Positions 12,392-25,985 of a stretch of 64,000 bases of DNA are shown here, in pieces. Source of the stretch: Eledone cirrhosa (Eukaryota). Positions within the stretch are counted from its first letter, which is position 1. Each line of letters opens with the position of its first letter. The position numbers and the translations under genes were made by a program. The notes beneath the pieces were generated by a model. It worked only from the letters and a program-made list of their open reading frames with translations, was not told where the DNA came from and made no database searches. Location: contig OZ024743.1 in NCBI GenBank assembly GCA_964016885.1, forward strand, positions 340,380,001 to 340,444,000, in the 5' to 3' direction.

Positions 12392-13329
12392 TATAAGGAA
12401 GAAGACGCACGTGGTGGATGAAATCGCTCCCGTAAGTATTTAAATCAATTGTGAAATAACAATTCTTAGTACAAATGATACATAAAGCACCAGACGCAAC
12501 TTTCAGAATCCATAATATCCTGTTATATCGCTCAGATATTCAATTTTGTATTATAAAATTTATATTAAAAAAAGAAAATGGTTATAAATGGAAGAAAAAA
12601 ACCCCTCTGTCTACACTATATAGAACAGCCAAATAACAGCAATTTCACCAACACCACAAACTATATACACCACCTATCCCATCACCCCTGTGTGTACACT
12701 AAATACAACAGCCAGATAACGGCAATTTCACCACCACCACCACCAATCCCAGCATAATAATAATAATTACTATTATTATTGTCTCAAGTTTTCAAAGAAT
12801 GTTTAATTCCAATATTAAGGACATATGTCAACACATATATTAAACATACGCAACAAACCGCATAGATACACAGATCAAACGAACTACAGTCTATTCAACA
12901 AAACTCAGTAACGACAACGCCATCACTATAGTCACCGCCGCCACCACTCCATCCATCATTGCTACCACTATCCCATCACCGCCGTCACCACTCCTTCATT
13001 GCTACCACCACTATTCCCCCATTACCTTCTGTTAACTTAAGAAAGGGGAAGGTGGCGGTATCACTAGACAAGGGAGAGGCTAGGAAAAGATATAAATAGA
13101 TTGACTTAGTGACCCGGCCACCGGCCAAACGTTAACGTCTATGGCACTGCTGCCCCCTTCCCCACCAACAATAGAAAAAGCCCCAGCACCACCACCGACA
13201 TAGCCAACAACAATAACAAGCAACTTCAGCAAAAAGTATATTATATTATTAATAATTTCATTCTTAAGCCACGCAATGCTCACATTAAGGAACCACTCAT
13301 GATAATAACTATTTAAAAAAACAACAAAA

Positions 13330-16300
13330 AAGAAAACCCCGTGACCAAGAAATACCGGGATGGCGGCCGGCGGGGAATAGCCGTGTCTCTAGGGGAGGAC
13401 GACCCCTCTAGTCTTGGTTGACACTCGTCCTAGAAGTGGTAACACGAAATGATTACCCCTTGGCGGATAAGGATAAAACGCGACAAAATAAAGTAAATGT
13501 CAAATGATAAAATCTCATACAGGATTGGCCGTCACCCGGGTCAAAAAGGGCCGCGTCCCTCAGAGAGGAACCAGACTGGGGTCGAAAAATCAGCTAATGG
13601 TTCAAACCTTCCCATCACTTCGGAGCTGGAGACCTCCCATAACCGGAATACTCCTACTGTTGGCCATCCATGCTCACCACCAAGAAATCCAAAGAAAAAG
13701 AGAGAAAATGGTCAAGGGAAGATAATAAAGAAGTCCTTGAGGTTTTCTACACTGCCATCTACTTACCCATCAAATACATCGAATACAGAATAGACATATA
13801 TCAATTGGAAAAAGAAACATCCCGAAAACAGAGGCTATATTGACAGTAACAAACTAGCCAATATACGAAGAAATATTGTAAAAAAAAAGTTACTAACTGA
13901 TATAGAAATTGAATAGATCAAGCTATTAGCACAAAGTCAGCGAAGGGAAAATGAAACATGTGTCAGTGAAAACGAGGTAAATTGTAACACTTCGAATCCC
14001 AGGGTTGGGGCGGAATCACTGACAACAGAACAAATTAAAGAAAGGATCGAAAAAGTGGAGGGAGTGCATGCTCAAGATGAAACTCCAAATGAAAACAATG
14101 AGATCGTAAATGATAAAGAAATGAATGAGAATGAACTTGCCAACTTGAAGGATGAAATTATGATCGAATGGATGAAAATGAAAGAATCTGACATGGGGGA
14201 ACGCGACACTCTCCCTAAGATCCAGAACTCCAAACAGAATCAAAAGATAATACACAAGACTAACATAATTCTCAAAAACATTATCATCACAAACAAACTA
14301 AACATTACTGATTTAAATCATCTCTATTATGCATCGGCTAAAGTCACCACTCACTTATGTGTAGTGAAAATGAAAAAAAACAAAGGAATTCCCACAAGAA
14401 ATCTACATGGCAAGAGAACATCAATCGCCAAATAAACATTCTACGATCTGACATAGAAATTTTAACAAACTATAAAGTAGGTGAACATGTTAAAAAAACT
14501 CAACTTAGAAAATTGAAAAGAAAGTACAGTATAAAATCAACATGTGACATAGACATACTGATAGAAATAATCAAGCAAAAAGTGTCGGCCAAAGCTGCTC
14601 GTATAAGGCGCTTAGAAAAACGATCTAGATTCTATAAGGACAATAATATGTTCAAAAACAACCAAAGAAACTTCTACAGAAAAATTGGTAAGTCAACAAT
14701 AACTACTAAATCAATACCACCCAAGGAGGAAGTGCAAGAATTCTGGGAAAAGATCTGGGCCGAAGAAAAAGTTCATAATATACATGCCCCATGGATAGAC
14801 AGACAAATGAAAGATACAGCTCACCTTGAGGAACAAATATGGGAAAATATAACAGTTGAACAGTTGCGTTTGGCTCTTAGAAAAACCAGCAAATGGAAAT
14901 CCCCAGGAAAAGACAAAATACAAAATTTTTGGATAAATGCCTTCACAGAGTCTCATGGGCTGTTAGCCCAACTTTACAATGAAATAGTTAAGGAGCCAGA
15001 AAAGATACCAACATGGCTAGTTAACGGCATTACATTCCTGCTTCCGAAGAATGATGAGACAAACAATCCCAAAAATTACAGACCGATAACTTACTTGACC
15101 ACAATGTATAAAAATTTAACATCAGTCCTAACTGAATATACATATGACCACCTGATAACAAATGACCTATTTCCCATTGAGCAGAAAGCGTGTAAACGAG
15201 GCTCATATGGCTGTAAGGATCAGCTTTTGGTTAACAAAATGATACTGGAAGATTGTCATAATAGACACAAAAATCTATCAATTGCTTGGATAGATTATAA
15301 AAAAGCATTCGATAGTTTGCCACACAGTTGGATTGAAAAATGTTTAGAGATTTTCAAAATATCTCCCGTTGTCAGGAGGTTTTTGTCATTCAGTATGAAG
15401 ACATGGAAAACGACACTCCTTTTGAATAGTGAAACAAAATCACTTGAAGCTGGAGAAGTTAATATTAATTGTGGAATTTTTCAGGGTGACTCTTTATCAT
15501 CGCTTTTATTCTGCATCGCACTTATACCATTAAGTAAAATGCTCAATGAAACAAAACATGGATATAAAGTCTATGACAAAACCATTAATCACTTGTTCTA
15601 CATGGATGACCTGAAACTATTTGCAAAAAATGATGAACAATTGCAAGGGCTATTATCCACTGTGGAGCAGTTCAGTGATGACATTAAAATGGAGTTTGGA
15701 CTATATAAATGCGCCAAAGCAACGTTCACCAGAGGAAAGCTGCTGAAAAGTTCAGACATTAATCTTGATCGGGGGAATGTGATAAGAGAACTTGATCAAG
15801 AGGAAACTTACAAATATCTAGGTGTTTGTGAAGGACACGGAATCAAGCACTCGACAATGAGGGAAATGATAAGGAAGGAATGCTACAGCAGAGTAAGAGC
15901 AATCTTAAGAACGGAATTGAATGCAAGGAATAGGATCGATGCCATAAACACGCTTGCCATACCAGTAGTAACCTACAGTTACAATGTCATCAACTGGTCA
16001 AGCACAGAGATCCGTAGGCTCGTTACAAAATTTCGAAAATTCTTAACCATGCACAGAATGCATCACCCTAAGGCAGATACAGATAGAATATATCGCCATA
16101 GGAAAGAAGGAGGACGTGGGTTAATCCAGTTAGACATTGCGTTGAAAACTGAAACAATTGGATTATCTACATATCTAAGGGAATCACATGTTGGATGATT
16201 AAACTCCTTTTGAAACACGAAAGCATCAAAAGATCATACTCCATTACAAAAGATGCACAAAGATACAGTAATGGACTACAAATTTCAGAAATCCCATTTA

Positions 16301-17160
16301 CTGCTGAAATGGAAAACACAGAAAAAGCAAAGCAGGTAAAAGTAACTGCAAAGAAAGAACTGCTACAGAAACTGGCTAAGAAATGGCAAGAAAAGCCTCT
16401 GTGTGGAAAATACCCAGAAAGAGCTAACAATCCTGATGTTGACAAAACTTTAACCCATCAGTGGTTGGCATCCTCTGGACTGAAATCGGAGACTGAAGGA
16501 CTGATTATATCTGCATAATATCAGTGTCTGCCAACAAAAATTACCAAGCCAACATAATAAAAAAATGGATGCAACCCATTATGCCGTGTATGTAAAAAAC
16601 AACCAGAGTCCATTGATCATATAATTTCAATGTGCAAATATCACATCTCAATCTTGTGGAACTTTAGCATCCAAACAGACCGAAAAATAGATGCAAATAG
16701 ACGTGATATAATACTGAAGGACTTTAAAAAGAGGGTATGCCTGCTAATTGATATGTCCGTTCCAATAGACAAGAATGTATCTATAAAAACATTTGAAAAA
16801 TTGAGCAAGTATAAGGACCTGGAGATAGAAATTGGAAAAATGTGGAAATTGAGAACTAAAACAATACCAGTGGTTGTAGGCGCTCTAGGAATGATACCTA
16901 AGGGGTCTAATGATTACTTATCGCAAATCCCAGGAAACCCGCGTATAGGAGAAATACAAAAGATAGTACTAATGGGAACTGCCCATATACTAAGGAAGAT
17001 TCTGTCAATATAAGTACATCACAAGTCTAAACACCTAAAGATGCATGTGTGTGTATGTATGTTCTTTCTTGAACATGGCGGACCTTGTTGCCTCTTGAGG
17101 TCACTGGTTGTGACTTGGTGATAACTCGTATGAACATAAAGCAAGATAAATGCAACTGTA
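13330..17160 (+). mobile_element. Near full-length but disabled R4/Dong-clade RLE non-LTR retrotransposon ending in (TAA)n
   Basis: Broken ORF series 13497-17013: RT (KSPGKD, NYRPIT, DYKKAFDS, GIFQGDSLS, YMDD), CRVCKKQPESIDHIISMC zinc finger, RLE D..D..K motif (RDIIL..IDMSVP..KLSKYKDL), GTAHILRKIL end. Confidence 0.9.
14357..16198 (+). pseudogene. R4/Dong reverse transcriptase (largest open segment)
   Basis: 613-aa ORF with all RT motifs; frameshifts on both sides. Confidence 0.85.
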
Positions 17161-17179
17161 ATAATAATAATAATAATAA

Positions 17180-17380
17180 TAATGATTTCTACTATAGGCA
17201 CAAGGCCAGCAATTTAGGGAGTGGAGAAAGTCGATTAAATCGACCCAGTGAATTATGGGTACTTTATTTTATCGACTCCGTAAGGATGAAAGGCAAAGCT
17301 AACCACGGAGGGATTTGAATTTAGAACGTAAGTCTGCTACAAAGCATGTTGTCCGACAATCTACTGCCAACTCGCCTGCA
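17180..17380 (-). mobile_element. SINE (family of 3862)
   Basis: ggcacaaggccagcaattt..tactttattttatcgactccgtaaggatgaaaggcaaag. Confidence 0.7.
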
Positions 17381-17764
17381 GAAAATGAGACGAACAATAA
17401 AATAATATTGAATGAATCTTTCGGTTTCGACGATGAGAGTCACAGTTGTTCGAAAACTGAAACGGTCAGCTCATGAACTTAATGTACAAGTGGCTAACCA
17501 TTGTATAAACACTTATACCCTTAACGCAATTCTCAGGAAGATTCAACGTGATACAGTATGTGAGAAAGTTGGCTCTTTGAATTAGACATACAGTCCATCT
17601 AACAGATTTTCAAACAGTTTCTTCCTACGTAATTTCGCCTGCAATGATTGGGTCGACTAGAACCTATGTTAAATTAAGATTTGGTCAAGATGGCACGCAG
17701 CAGGATCTAACCAGGATAAAATGATTGTTAAACAAACTTCTTAACCATTCAGCCATCCTGCCTC

Positions 17765-17972
17765 CACACGTGGGTTAGATTCCTGGGTTGTGTGTTGTGT
17801 TCTTCAGCAAAGCACTTCATTTCACGTTGCTCCAGTATACGCAGCTGAAAATGAGTACCAGCAATAGCTGGGGGTTTAACTCTGCGATGGACTGGCGTCC
17901 TGTCCAGGTGGGAGTCATGTACTCTCAGTCGCTTCACGCCATGAAACCGGGATAAGCACCGGCCAAATGAGC
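17765..17972 (+). mobile_element. SINE fragment (V-domain-like)
   Basis: tgtgttcttcagcaaagcac..ctgcgatggactggcgtcctgtccagg..gaaaccgggataagc. Confidence 0.65.
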
Positions 17973-18895
17973 ACACGCACACACGCACACACGCACACGC
18001 ACACACGCACGCGCCCCTCCACACAGAAATAATACAGAAACCTAAAGCATTGAAATATCAACGAGTACAGATAAGAAAAATATTTAATGTATATTTTATA
18101 GATTTATCTCCATCTTCAGTTTCAGAGCAATATTTTCCGCCGAATTTTATGCTCTTTACTTCGCTTTCACATGCATGTGTAAATATCATTATATATATAT
18201 ACATGCATACATACATCATACATACATGCATACATACATACATACATATCATCATACATACATGCATACATACATACATGGTGGCTGCCAACTCGTTTTC
18301 GAGTACGGCCACTACTTTATATCCATGTAGGAGAACCCCTACCGATGCGCTGAACGAGTGTGACTTTTTAGTCCAGCCAGCCACTTGAAAACTCTGGTAC
18401 AAACACTGCACTTGTGACAATTATTGACACATAGTGCTGGGCCCATGGTACCATTTGACGACAAGTGCAGAGAGATCTCCAGATATAAAGCATACATACA
18501 TACATACACAATATACATGTGGGTCTGTGAGTGTTTCTCTCTTCCTCTCTCTCTATAAATGTATGACACCACACACATTTATATGTGTGTCATATGCACA
18601 CAATGTATATATATATATATACATTATGTATGTATATATATGTATATATATATATATATATATACTTATATGTGAGAAAAACCACAGACCCTCCTTCTCT
18701 AATTTTGAAAAGCAGAGGAACTACGAAACCGGTAAGGGAACCAAATAAATATATATATTTAAATAAAAATAAGACTCCAGTTGCATTTTCGATTTCAGCT
18801 TTTTTTCTTTATACTTTCACTCGTGTAGGACACCTCGGTTATTTTTCATTTTGTAAAAAAAACCTCACTTTCTAATATATATATATATATATATA

Positions 18896-18990
<95 letters not shown>

Positions 18991-18992
<2 letters not shown>

Positions 18993-20385
18993 TATTGAAA
19001 TTTCCGTTGAAAACAGAAAAGGTCATAGAAGTGAAGAGTGCTCTATGTAAGTACCACAGCAAAATTTAATGTATAAAAATCAATACAATATAATTACCTC
19101 ATTACCAGAGGTTTCCCGAATGAGGCGAATACGAAAGAAACGTCTTCATTCGTTCGTCAGACGAGGCAATATAAAACATGGGTAAATACTTGGAAAGTCT
19201 CATCAAGAAAAGCAAAAAAATTATATAGACAAATGAATTACAATATGAAATATATAAAAATCTTTCAAGAAATATAGTTAGGTGTGTGTATATGTATGTA
19301 TATACGCTCACAGATGTGCATATATGTGTATGCACAAATGTATACGTATAGTGAAAAGTGTGCGTAAATATATATTTTAGGGCAAATGTATCTGTGTATC
19401 TGTAAACTACAGACAGAGTAGATACATCATAAGAATATGAAGGCACGCGCATAAAACACCTACACACACGTACACTTATATGCGGAAGTAAAAGAGGTAA
19501 GGGAGTGTAATAATGAAAGGAAAGTATCAATCTCGATATATTTATAAAAATGGAACAATAATTTAGAAAGAAAAAATTAAAGAAAAGAAGACAAACAAGG
19601 TACATGCATACACACACGTATATCTCACAAAAGAAACACAAAAATATACATGCTTATATACACACGCACAATTACACATCCATACATTCGATACGTACAC
19701 ACACACATACACACACATACTTACACTCACGCATATCGACCTGTTTGCATGCACACGCATAAAAATGAGGATGTAAAAAAAGGGAGGAAGAAAAAAGAAA
19801 CAAAACAAAAAACCTAGATGTAAAAACACGGATATAAAGACACATACACATACACACATATATATATATATACACGCACGCGCGCGCACATACGTAGGCG
19901 CTCGTGTACATATATAGAAAGTATACACACATTAAGGCGTTCAGACACATAGATACAGGGTGTAAAAAACTTGTGGATAAGTATTTACAAATATAAAATT
20001 ATAAGATTGGCTCCGCAAAAAAAAAAAAAAAATAAAAAAAAAAAATAAAAAAAAAAAAAATAATAATAATAAAAAAAAAAAAAAAAAAAATAAAAAAAAA
20101 AAAAAAAAAAATAAAAAAAAATAAAAAAAAAAATATCTGGAGTGGAAAACGCAAGTGACCTCTGTAATCAGTGAAGAAAATAGGGAAGTAAAAAATGGAA
20201 ACTGAAGATATTAGGTAAGTGAATCGGAGAATAAAGGGGGGGGGGGGTTATTGGGGGTTGTGAAGTTAAAATAAAAATAAAAATAAAAATAAAAATAAAA
20301 ATAAAAATAAAAATAAAAATAAAAATAAAAATAAAAATAAAAATAATAAAAATAAAAATAAAAATAAAAATAAAAATAAAAATAA
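18991..20385 (-). mobile_element. Non-coding 3' UTR/pLTR copy of the Penelope family at 48320-55935
   Basis: Collinear with 51648-52920; 3' end abuts (TA)n. Confidence 0.8.
19093..19170 (-). ncRNA. Hammerhead ribozyme in Penelope pLTR
   Basis: attgcctcgt CTGACGA a cgaatga..tcattcg g GAAA cc-tct-gg TA atgaggtaat (10-bp stem I). Confidence 0.85.
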
Positions 20386-20387
20386 AA

Positions 20388-20590
20388 AACGGGATCTTCT
20401 GAAACTAACATAGTCTTTGTTAGTTTCAGAAGATCCCGTTAAGGGTGAAAGCAGCGATTCTTTGCTTAAACTTTAATCTGTTATTTTAATAAATATTTGC
20501 TCTACGGTTCTTATATATTTGATATATATTTATCCTTATCGAGCCCTCTTTGGATTTTAGTCTTCAAATTTATTATTATTACTATATTTA
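20388..20590 (+). mobile_element. Solo pLTR with 23-bp 5' fold-back and variant-core HHR (20422-20472)
   Basis: aacgggatcttctgaaactaaca / tgttagtttcagaagatcccgtt; agttt CAGAAGA tccc-gttaa-gggt GAAA gca..tgc TT aaact; reverse complement of 63503-63668. Confidence 0.7.
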
Positions 20591-21189
20591 TATATATACT
20601 TATATGTATGTATGCATGTGTGTATGTGTTTTCTTATGTGTATGTTTGTGTATATAAACATTTGTAAAGTTACTTCAAAACATAATCGGAATTTTTCAAT
20701 CTTTCAATTGTTTGATAAAAATGAAAGTAACTACGGAAAATGAGAATGTTGCTCTGAAGTGGTTTATTCACATGGCTAAATATGAGATGTCTAAATAAAG
20801 AACGATATACGTTGAAGCGTCTATATGTATGTGAATATAATCTTATATGCTTTCTAAATAGTCTTATTTAAGTATACATTGAAAAAATTTCTTAGAGATC
20901 GGAATTTTTGTTAAATTGTAAATGTCATATTGAGTAATTTTATTCTATGAAATTTTTAATGATTGTTGTATCCTGTGTTTTCTATCTATACATAAACGTC
21001 ACATTTGCTATATTGACATTTAAACACAATTATTCATCTAATCACGTATACTAATATACACACATATATATAACAGAGTTTTGTAGCTTGCGTGAAGCAT
21101 TCTTGAATAGGAAACACAAATTTTAATAATTTTGAAAACCAAACAATGCATTAGAAAGAAAATTAAATCGCTAAGATAACAAACATCGG

Positions 21190-22330
21190 TCAAGTTGTGA
21201 TCGCTTTTATGGCTCGATAGGTTCAGACCGTCGTCGCTGTATAAACCCATGTGGAAGTCCGGGGATTTGACTCGCAACGTATCTAATATATATAAACAAA
21301 CCAAATCGCATAAAACAGCACTATTTAATGATCCCATTGAGACATCGAATAGTTCTGAGGTAGTTGATTGTTTTGGGCCAGGTTACACCGTCACTGAAGA
21401 GGAGGTTTTTTTATACAGTGAGTAATGATCTGTCTATCTAAGTCATAGACTGAGGTGTTTGTAGTGGTGAACCCCTCGAGATTAACGGGTAGAAGTACAC
21501 TATGTCAAACTGGGTGAATTTATCTTTGTTGGCATAGGAGTTAAACCACTTAACAACAGAGTCTCTTTTTTTTCCACAGGCACAGGTTGGATTTCTTTCA
21601 AATGGCCCTAACTAGTCCTCTAAGTATAGATTTCCTAAATATTACCATCTCTGTCCGTGCTGTGTTCAACAGTCTGCAAGTAGGGTTAGTAGAAAAATCG
21701 GCCTTGTGATCCTTAAGGGTGATAAAGGACTTACACTTAGTTAGGCAGTTTAGTTTCTTATCTACATCATTGGTGGATGCTACATGCTTGGCTTCCCTAT
21801 TGATGTTAATGTAACCTGAGGGGTTTGCTTTTTTGTGTTTCGACATTAAAGATTTTCTTGCCAAGTGATTGAAAGTAGGTTGGTCAACTTCATAAATGTT
21901 GTTGGTTTTAACAGATAGGAGGAAAGTATTATTGGAGGATTTAAAGTGTTTTTAATGTCTCTGCTGAGTTTTTTGGAAAGGGCCAGAGTGTTTGCTGAAA
22001 GTAACATACCAGTAGTCGTTTTTGAGGCCAAATCACGTCCACTCCACCGAATCAACAGCAGGAGGTCAAAACATATGTCGGTATGTCGGAGAGCCGGTTT
22101 CAAGAACTAGACTTAACCACCAGACGACGAACTTTAGACATGCTGATAACTGGCAAGCTACGTATGGTCACTCAACGATGCAACAGGAATTTCTCCATTC
22201 AATGGAAAATTCTTATCAAATCGAGGTCATACGGGAATGGAGCAGTGCCCTGTAAGTTGTGTATTGATTAAAGAGAAAGTATCTTGCAGAGGCTACGTAA
22301 AAGTACTTGCCTTAACGCAAAATTTGATTT
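21190..22330 (-). mobile_element. Old degenerate Penelope-like RT fragment
   Basis: FITLKDHKADFSTNPTCRLLN, FTQFDIVYFYP, MGSLNSAVLCDLV..LYSDDGL. Confidence 0.8.
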
Positions 22331-22697
22331 TTTAATCGTTGCCTCCATGCTGTGAAGTTTGTATTACGCAATTGGTAGGACCCAGGATAACCAGAAGTTT
22401 AATCCAGACCGAACTATTAAAAGACAAGCAATCGTTCTTCAAAAGTTGTCCCTCCTATAATAATATAATCGAGCTGTATCCCTTGTTATACAACTACCGA
22501 CATCTGCCGTGCAGAATCCAGCTAGCCATAAATAATTCCGTTCACACTATAATAATACACGAGATGAAGAATCCTTCGAGTGAAACACGTGTTCTCAGTT
22601 ATTGTTTGCTAATTTGTAGTTGAACTCTCTCTCTCCCCCCCCTCTCTCTCTCTCTCTCTCTTTATATATATATATTTATATATAAGTATTTATATAT

Positions 22698-22872
22698 AAG
22701 TATTGAAGTTTCCGTTGAAAATTGAAAAAGTCATAGGAGTGAAGAATGCTCTATGTAAGTACCAGAGCAAAATTTAATGTATAATAAACAATACAATATA
22801 ATTACCTCATTACCAGAGGTTTCCCGAATGAGACGAATACGAAAAACGTCCTCATTCGTTTGTCGGACAAGG

Positions 22873-22876
<4 letters not shown>
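22698..22876 (-). mobile_element. Solo pLTR (family of 19093/51749) between (TA)n tracts, HHR core decayed
   Basis: Matches 18991-19170 and 51646-51824; core reads CCGACAA. Confidence 0.8.
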
Positions 22877-22944
<68 letters not shown>

Positions 22945-22949
<5 letters not shown>

Positions 22950-25636
22950 TATTGAAGTTTGCTTGAAGCATTGTGGAATAATAAGTAAATATCTTTAAGT
23001 CGTTTGGAAGCCTCGACAATGCAAATGGGTAAATCTCCGGGTAACAAGATCCGGTGGTGGAAAGAGAGATGTAAGTGGGTGTACGTTGAGATGCGTGGTG
23101 TGTATAAGATGTGTAGAAGATTGAAGGAAAGAGTATAAAGGATAAAATAAAAATAACAACACGAGAGAGTGTTACCTTGAGAGAGATTTAATACTCCCTA
23201 TATATTTCGGATTCATATCCATCAACTGGGGTTTTTTTCCGGGGTGGGGGAAAGGTTGTCTGTTGGACAGGTGCGAAACGCGTCCTCCGCTGTTTGTTGT
23301 TTTGAATATCTGAGGTATTCGGCAGAGCGCGCGTGCGCGTGAAATGGGGTCGGTCGGGCAGAGGTCAGCGGCCGAATGAGGGAGTGGGGTGGCGCTAGCT
23401 GTCAGTCCATTCTCTACCTGTTTGTTAAATGTTACTGTGTGTGTGTGTGTGTGCGTGTGTTGTTGTCTCGCTTGAGTGTGTGTGTGTGTGTGTGCGTGTG
23501 TTGTTGCCTTGTTCCTCTGTATTGGCAGTGTAGTATGTTCGTATGGTGGAATGCTACTGTGTGTGTGTGCGTGTGTGTGTGTAGTTGTCTCGTTTGTGTG
23601 TGTGTGTGTGTGTGTGCGTGTGTTGCTGCATCGTTTGTTAACTTAAACCATCCATCTCATTTCGCTTCTCTCTGATCGGTTGTTTATTTGCGTTGCAGGC
23701 GTTTGATAAAAAGCGCTTCCTTGATACGTAACGTGCCGACGTTTCTTTCAGTCGCTAGAATTGTGACAATGGGCCTTCCGTCTTTGTTTCCGCATTTGTC
23801 TATGTGTTTCCGGAAAGACGAGGCCCTGGTTTTAGTGTGTTCCTTGATCCGGATGTGCAAAGGTCGGATTGTGCTACCTATGTAGTATTGGTTGCACCTG
23901 TCACATTCTATCTTATACACGACGTATGTGCGTAGGCAACAGTTCGCATGGCGTATCGGGCAGTCTCTGAGGGAGCATGCGTCAGTAGATTTCCCGGGTT
24001 TCCTGGAGAGGCATCTTCGCAGGGAGGGGCCCGAGTGGGCCAGGTGGATGTCGAGGCCCTCCCTCCGTATAGCCTTGCGGATAGCGTTGGTGGTATTCTC
24101 GCCCAGGTGTGGCATTTTAAGGAAGCACTTGCCTTGCGTGCCTCTCTGTCTCTTGTGTCTGGTGTCTCCTATTCTGTCTGTGATCGAGGTAGGGTACCCG
24201 TTCGTCTCCAGCACCCCGAGGAATCGCTTGGTATGAGTGACACCACTCGCAGGATCGCTGCATCTGTTTTTGATTCGCGCGATCTCGTTCGTGATGTATC
24301 CTCTTTTGGCACTGTTAGGGAGGGCGGACTTGTAGTGAACGAACAGGTCCCTGCAGGCTGTTTTTCGGTAGAAGTTGCAGTGGATCCTTCCCTGTTCCGT
24401 GATGTTGATTCGGAAGTCGAGGAGGGCAAGTGACCCGTCTTCGTTGGGGTGTTCAACACTGAAGTCAATGTTCTCGTCCGTGTTGTTGAACGTCTCATAG
24501 ATTCTGTTCGCCGTGTCTTGGGAAGATGTGAGGATGAGGATATCGTCCACGTACCTTGAGAAAAAGGCTACGGCGTTGGGGTGTCAGGCGTTGAGTGCCT
24601 TGCGTTCGAGGTTGTCCATGTAAGAGATCGCTAGCACACCTGATAGGCTTGATCCCATGGGCAATCCCGAGGTTTGTTGGTATGTTTGGTCAAGGAATCC
24701 GAAGTAGGTGTTGTCGACGACGATGGATAGGAGTTGGTGGATGTCAGTGGTGGTGAGCCCGAAGCAGTGTAGGTCGGTGGGGTGGGGGTGGGGTGGGGGG
24801 GGGGGGGGGGGGTGCGTGGGTGCTGTTATTTTCTGTGGCGCTATTGATGGCGGTCACCCATTTAAGTTGGTAAGCGGCTCGACAAAAGTTGGCCTCGATG
24901 TTGAGTTTGAGTCTGTCGTCGAGACGTTGTGAGACGATGAACTTGGGTCCGAGGTGTAGGAGTTTCAGCTCGTCGCTCGTGAGAGTGCCGGTTAGGTCGG
25001 TGACCAGGTGCGTCGCATCGTTGAGGTATGGCTCGGTGTTGGTGGATGCGGCGGTGGCGGTTGTTAAGTTGTTGTTTCCCACGTGGTTCTGGTCCGTCTG
25101 TTCGTTAGTGTCGATGTTCTCGTTGTGGCGTTTCGACAAGATCCACTCATATTTTCGCTTGAGCCGTTTTTTCTGGTATTGGACTCTGGAGTGGTAGCAC
25201 TGGTCGATTGCTTTAGTGATTTTGAGGAGCAAGTCCCCGGGTGCTATTGGCAGTCGATGTGTCCGCTCTGAGAGTGTCCGTTTATGGACGTGTAATTGGC
25301 GGTTGAGATGTCTCAGGATCTGTTTAATACACGTGCGATGTATGCGGTTAGTGGTGTTTTGGAAAGCTGGTGTACGTAGGCTTACTGGTAAGCGGATGTT
25401 CCTGTTGGTGTTGGGGATGACATCGTTTGCCAGCGTTGGCCCATTTCTCCGACAGTCTAAACAGTTCCCTTACGGATGCAAACAATTCCTGGCTCAGGTG
25501 TAAGGATAAGAGAGTATTGAAGTTTGCTTGAAGCATTGTGGAATAATAAGTAAATATCTTTAAGTCGTTTGGAAGCCTCGACAATGCAAATGGGTAAATC
25601 TCCGGGTAACAAGATCCGGTGGGGGAGAGAGAGATG
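22945..25636 (-). mobile_element. Penelope-like element (second clade, GC-rich) with direct terminal repeats, internal deletion and in-frame stop
   Basis: GLPMGSSLS, RYVDDI, LLDFRI, GIY-YIG VVYKIECDRCNQYYIGST; direct repeats 22945-23068 and 25511-25636; RT motifs upstream of 24790 are missing. Confidence 0.88.
23684..24550 (-). pseudogene. Penelope RT C-terminus plus GIY-YIG endonuclease
   Basis: 288-aa ORF: DDILIL..FYRK..NGYP..CPI..VYKIEC..YIGST..RIKEH..IKEALFI. Confidence 0.85.
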
Positions 25637-25640
25637 TATT

Positions 25641-25985
25641 TGTAGATAAATCTACCAAAATAAACGGTAGTGTCCAATCCGTATGAAGAACTCAATGTAA
25701 TCCAAATATAGAAGATATTATGAAAAGAGAAAATGCATTCAAAATTTAACGATAAAATCATAGGAAAACAGAGTCAACATAAATTAATAAAAAAATGAAA
25801 TAAAAACAAAGAACAGTTTCCTTATATTAAAAAAAATCATCATTTTACGATCGTTTCTGGAATATATATGTGTATGTTGATATGTATATCATATTAAAGA
25901 TCTATGTAAAAAAAATATTACAAATTATCAGAGGAGATATACATACCTTCACTTATATATGCCATCTTCAGAAATGATCATCATT
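25641..25985 (-). mobile_element. Solo pLTR of the 5462 family with long-stem-II HHR (25838-25978)
   Basis: Collinear with 5462-5790; CTGAAGA..GAAA cgatcg TA aaatgat. Confidence 0.8.

Noticed and set aside
12601-12742. ~83-bp local tandem duplication
   Set aside because: Ordinary degenerate duplication with no further signal
18686-18740. GAAA ccgg TA aggg half-hammerhead
   Set aside because: CUGANGA half is absent; probably a deleted relic, not counted
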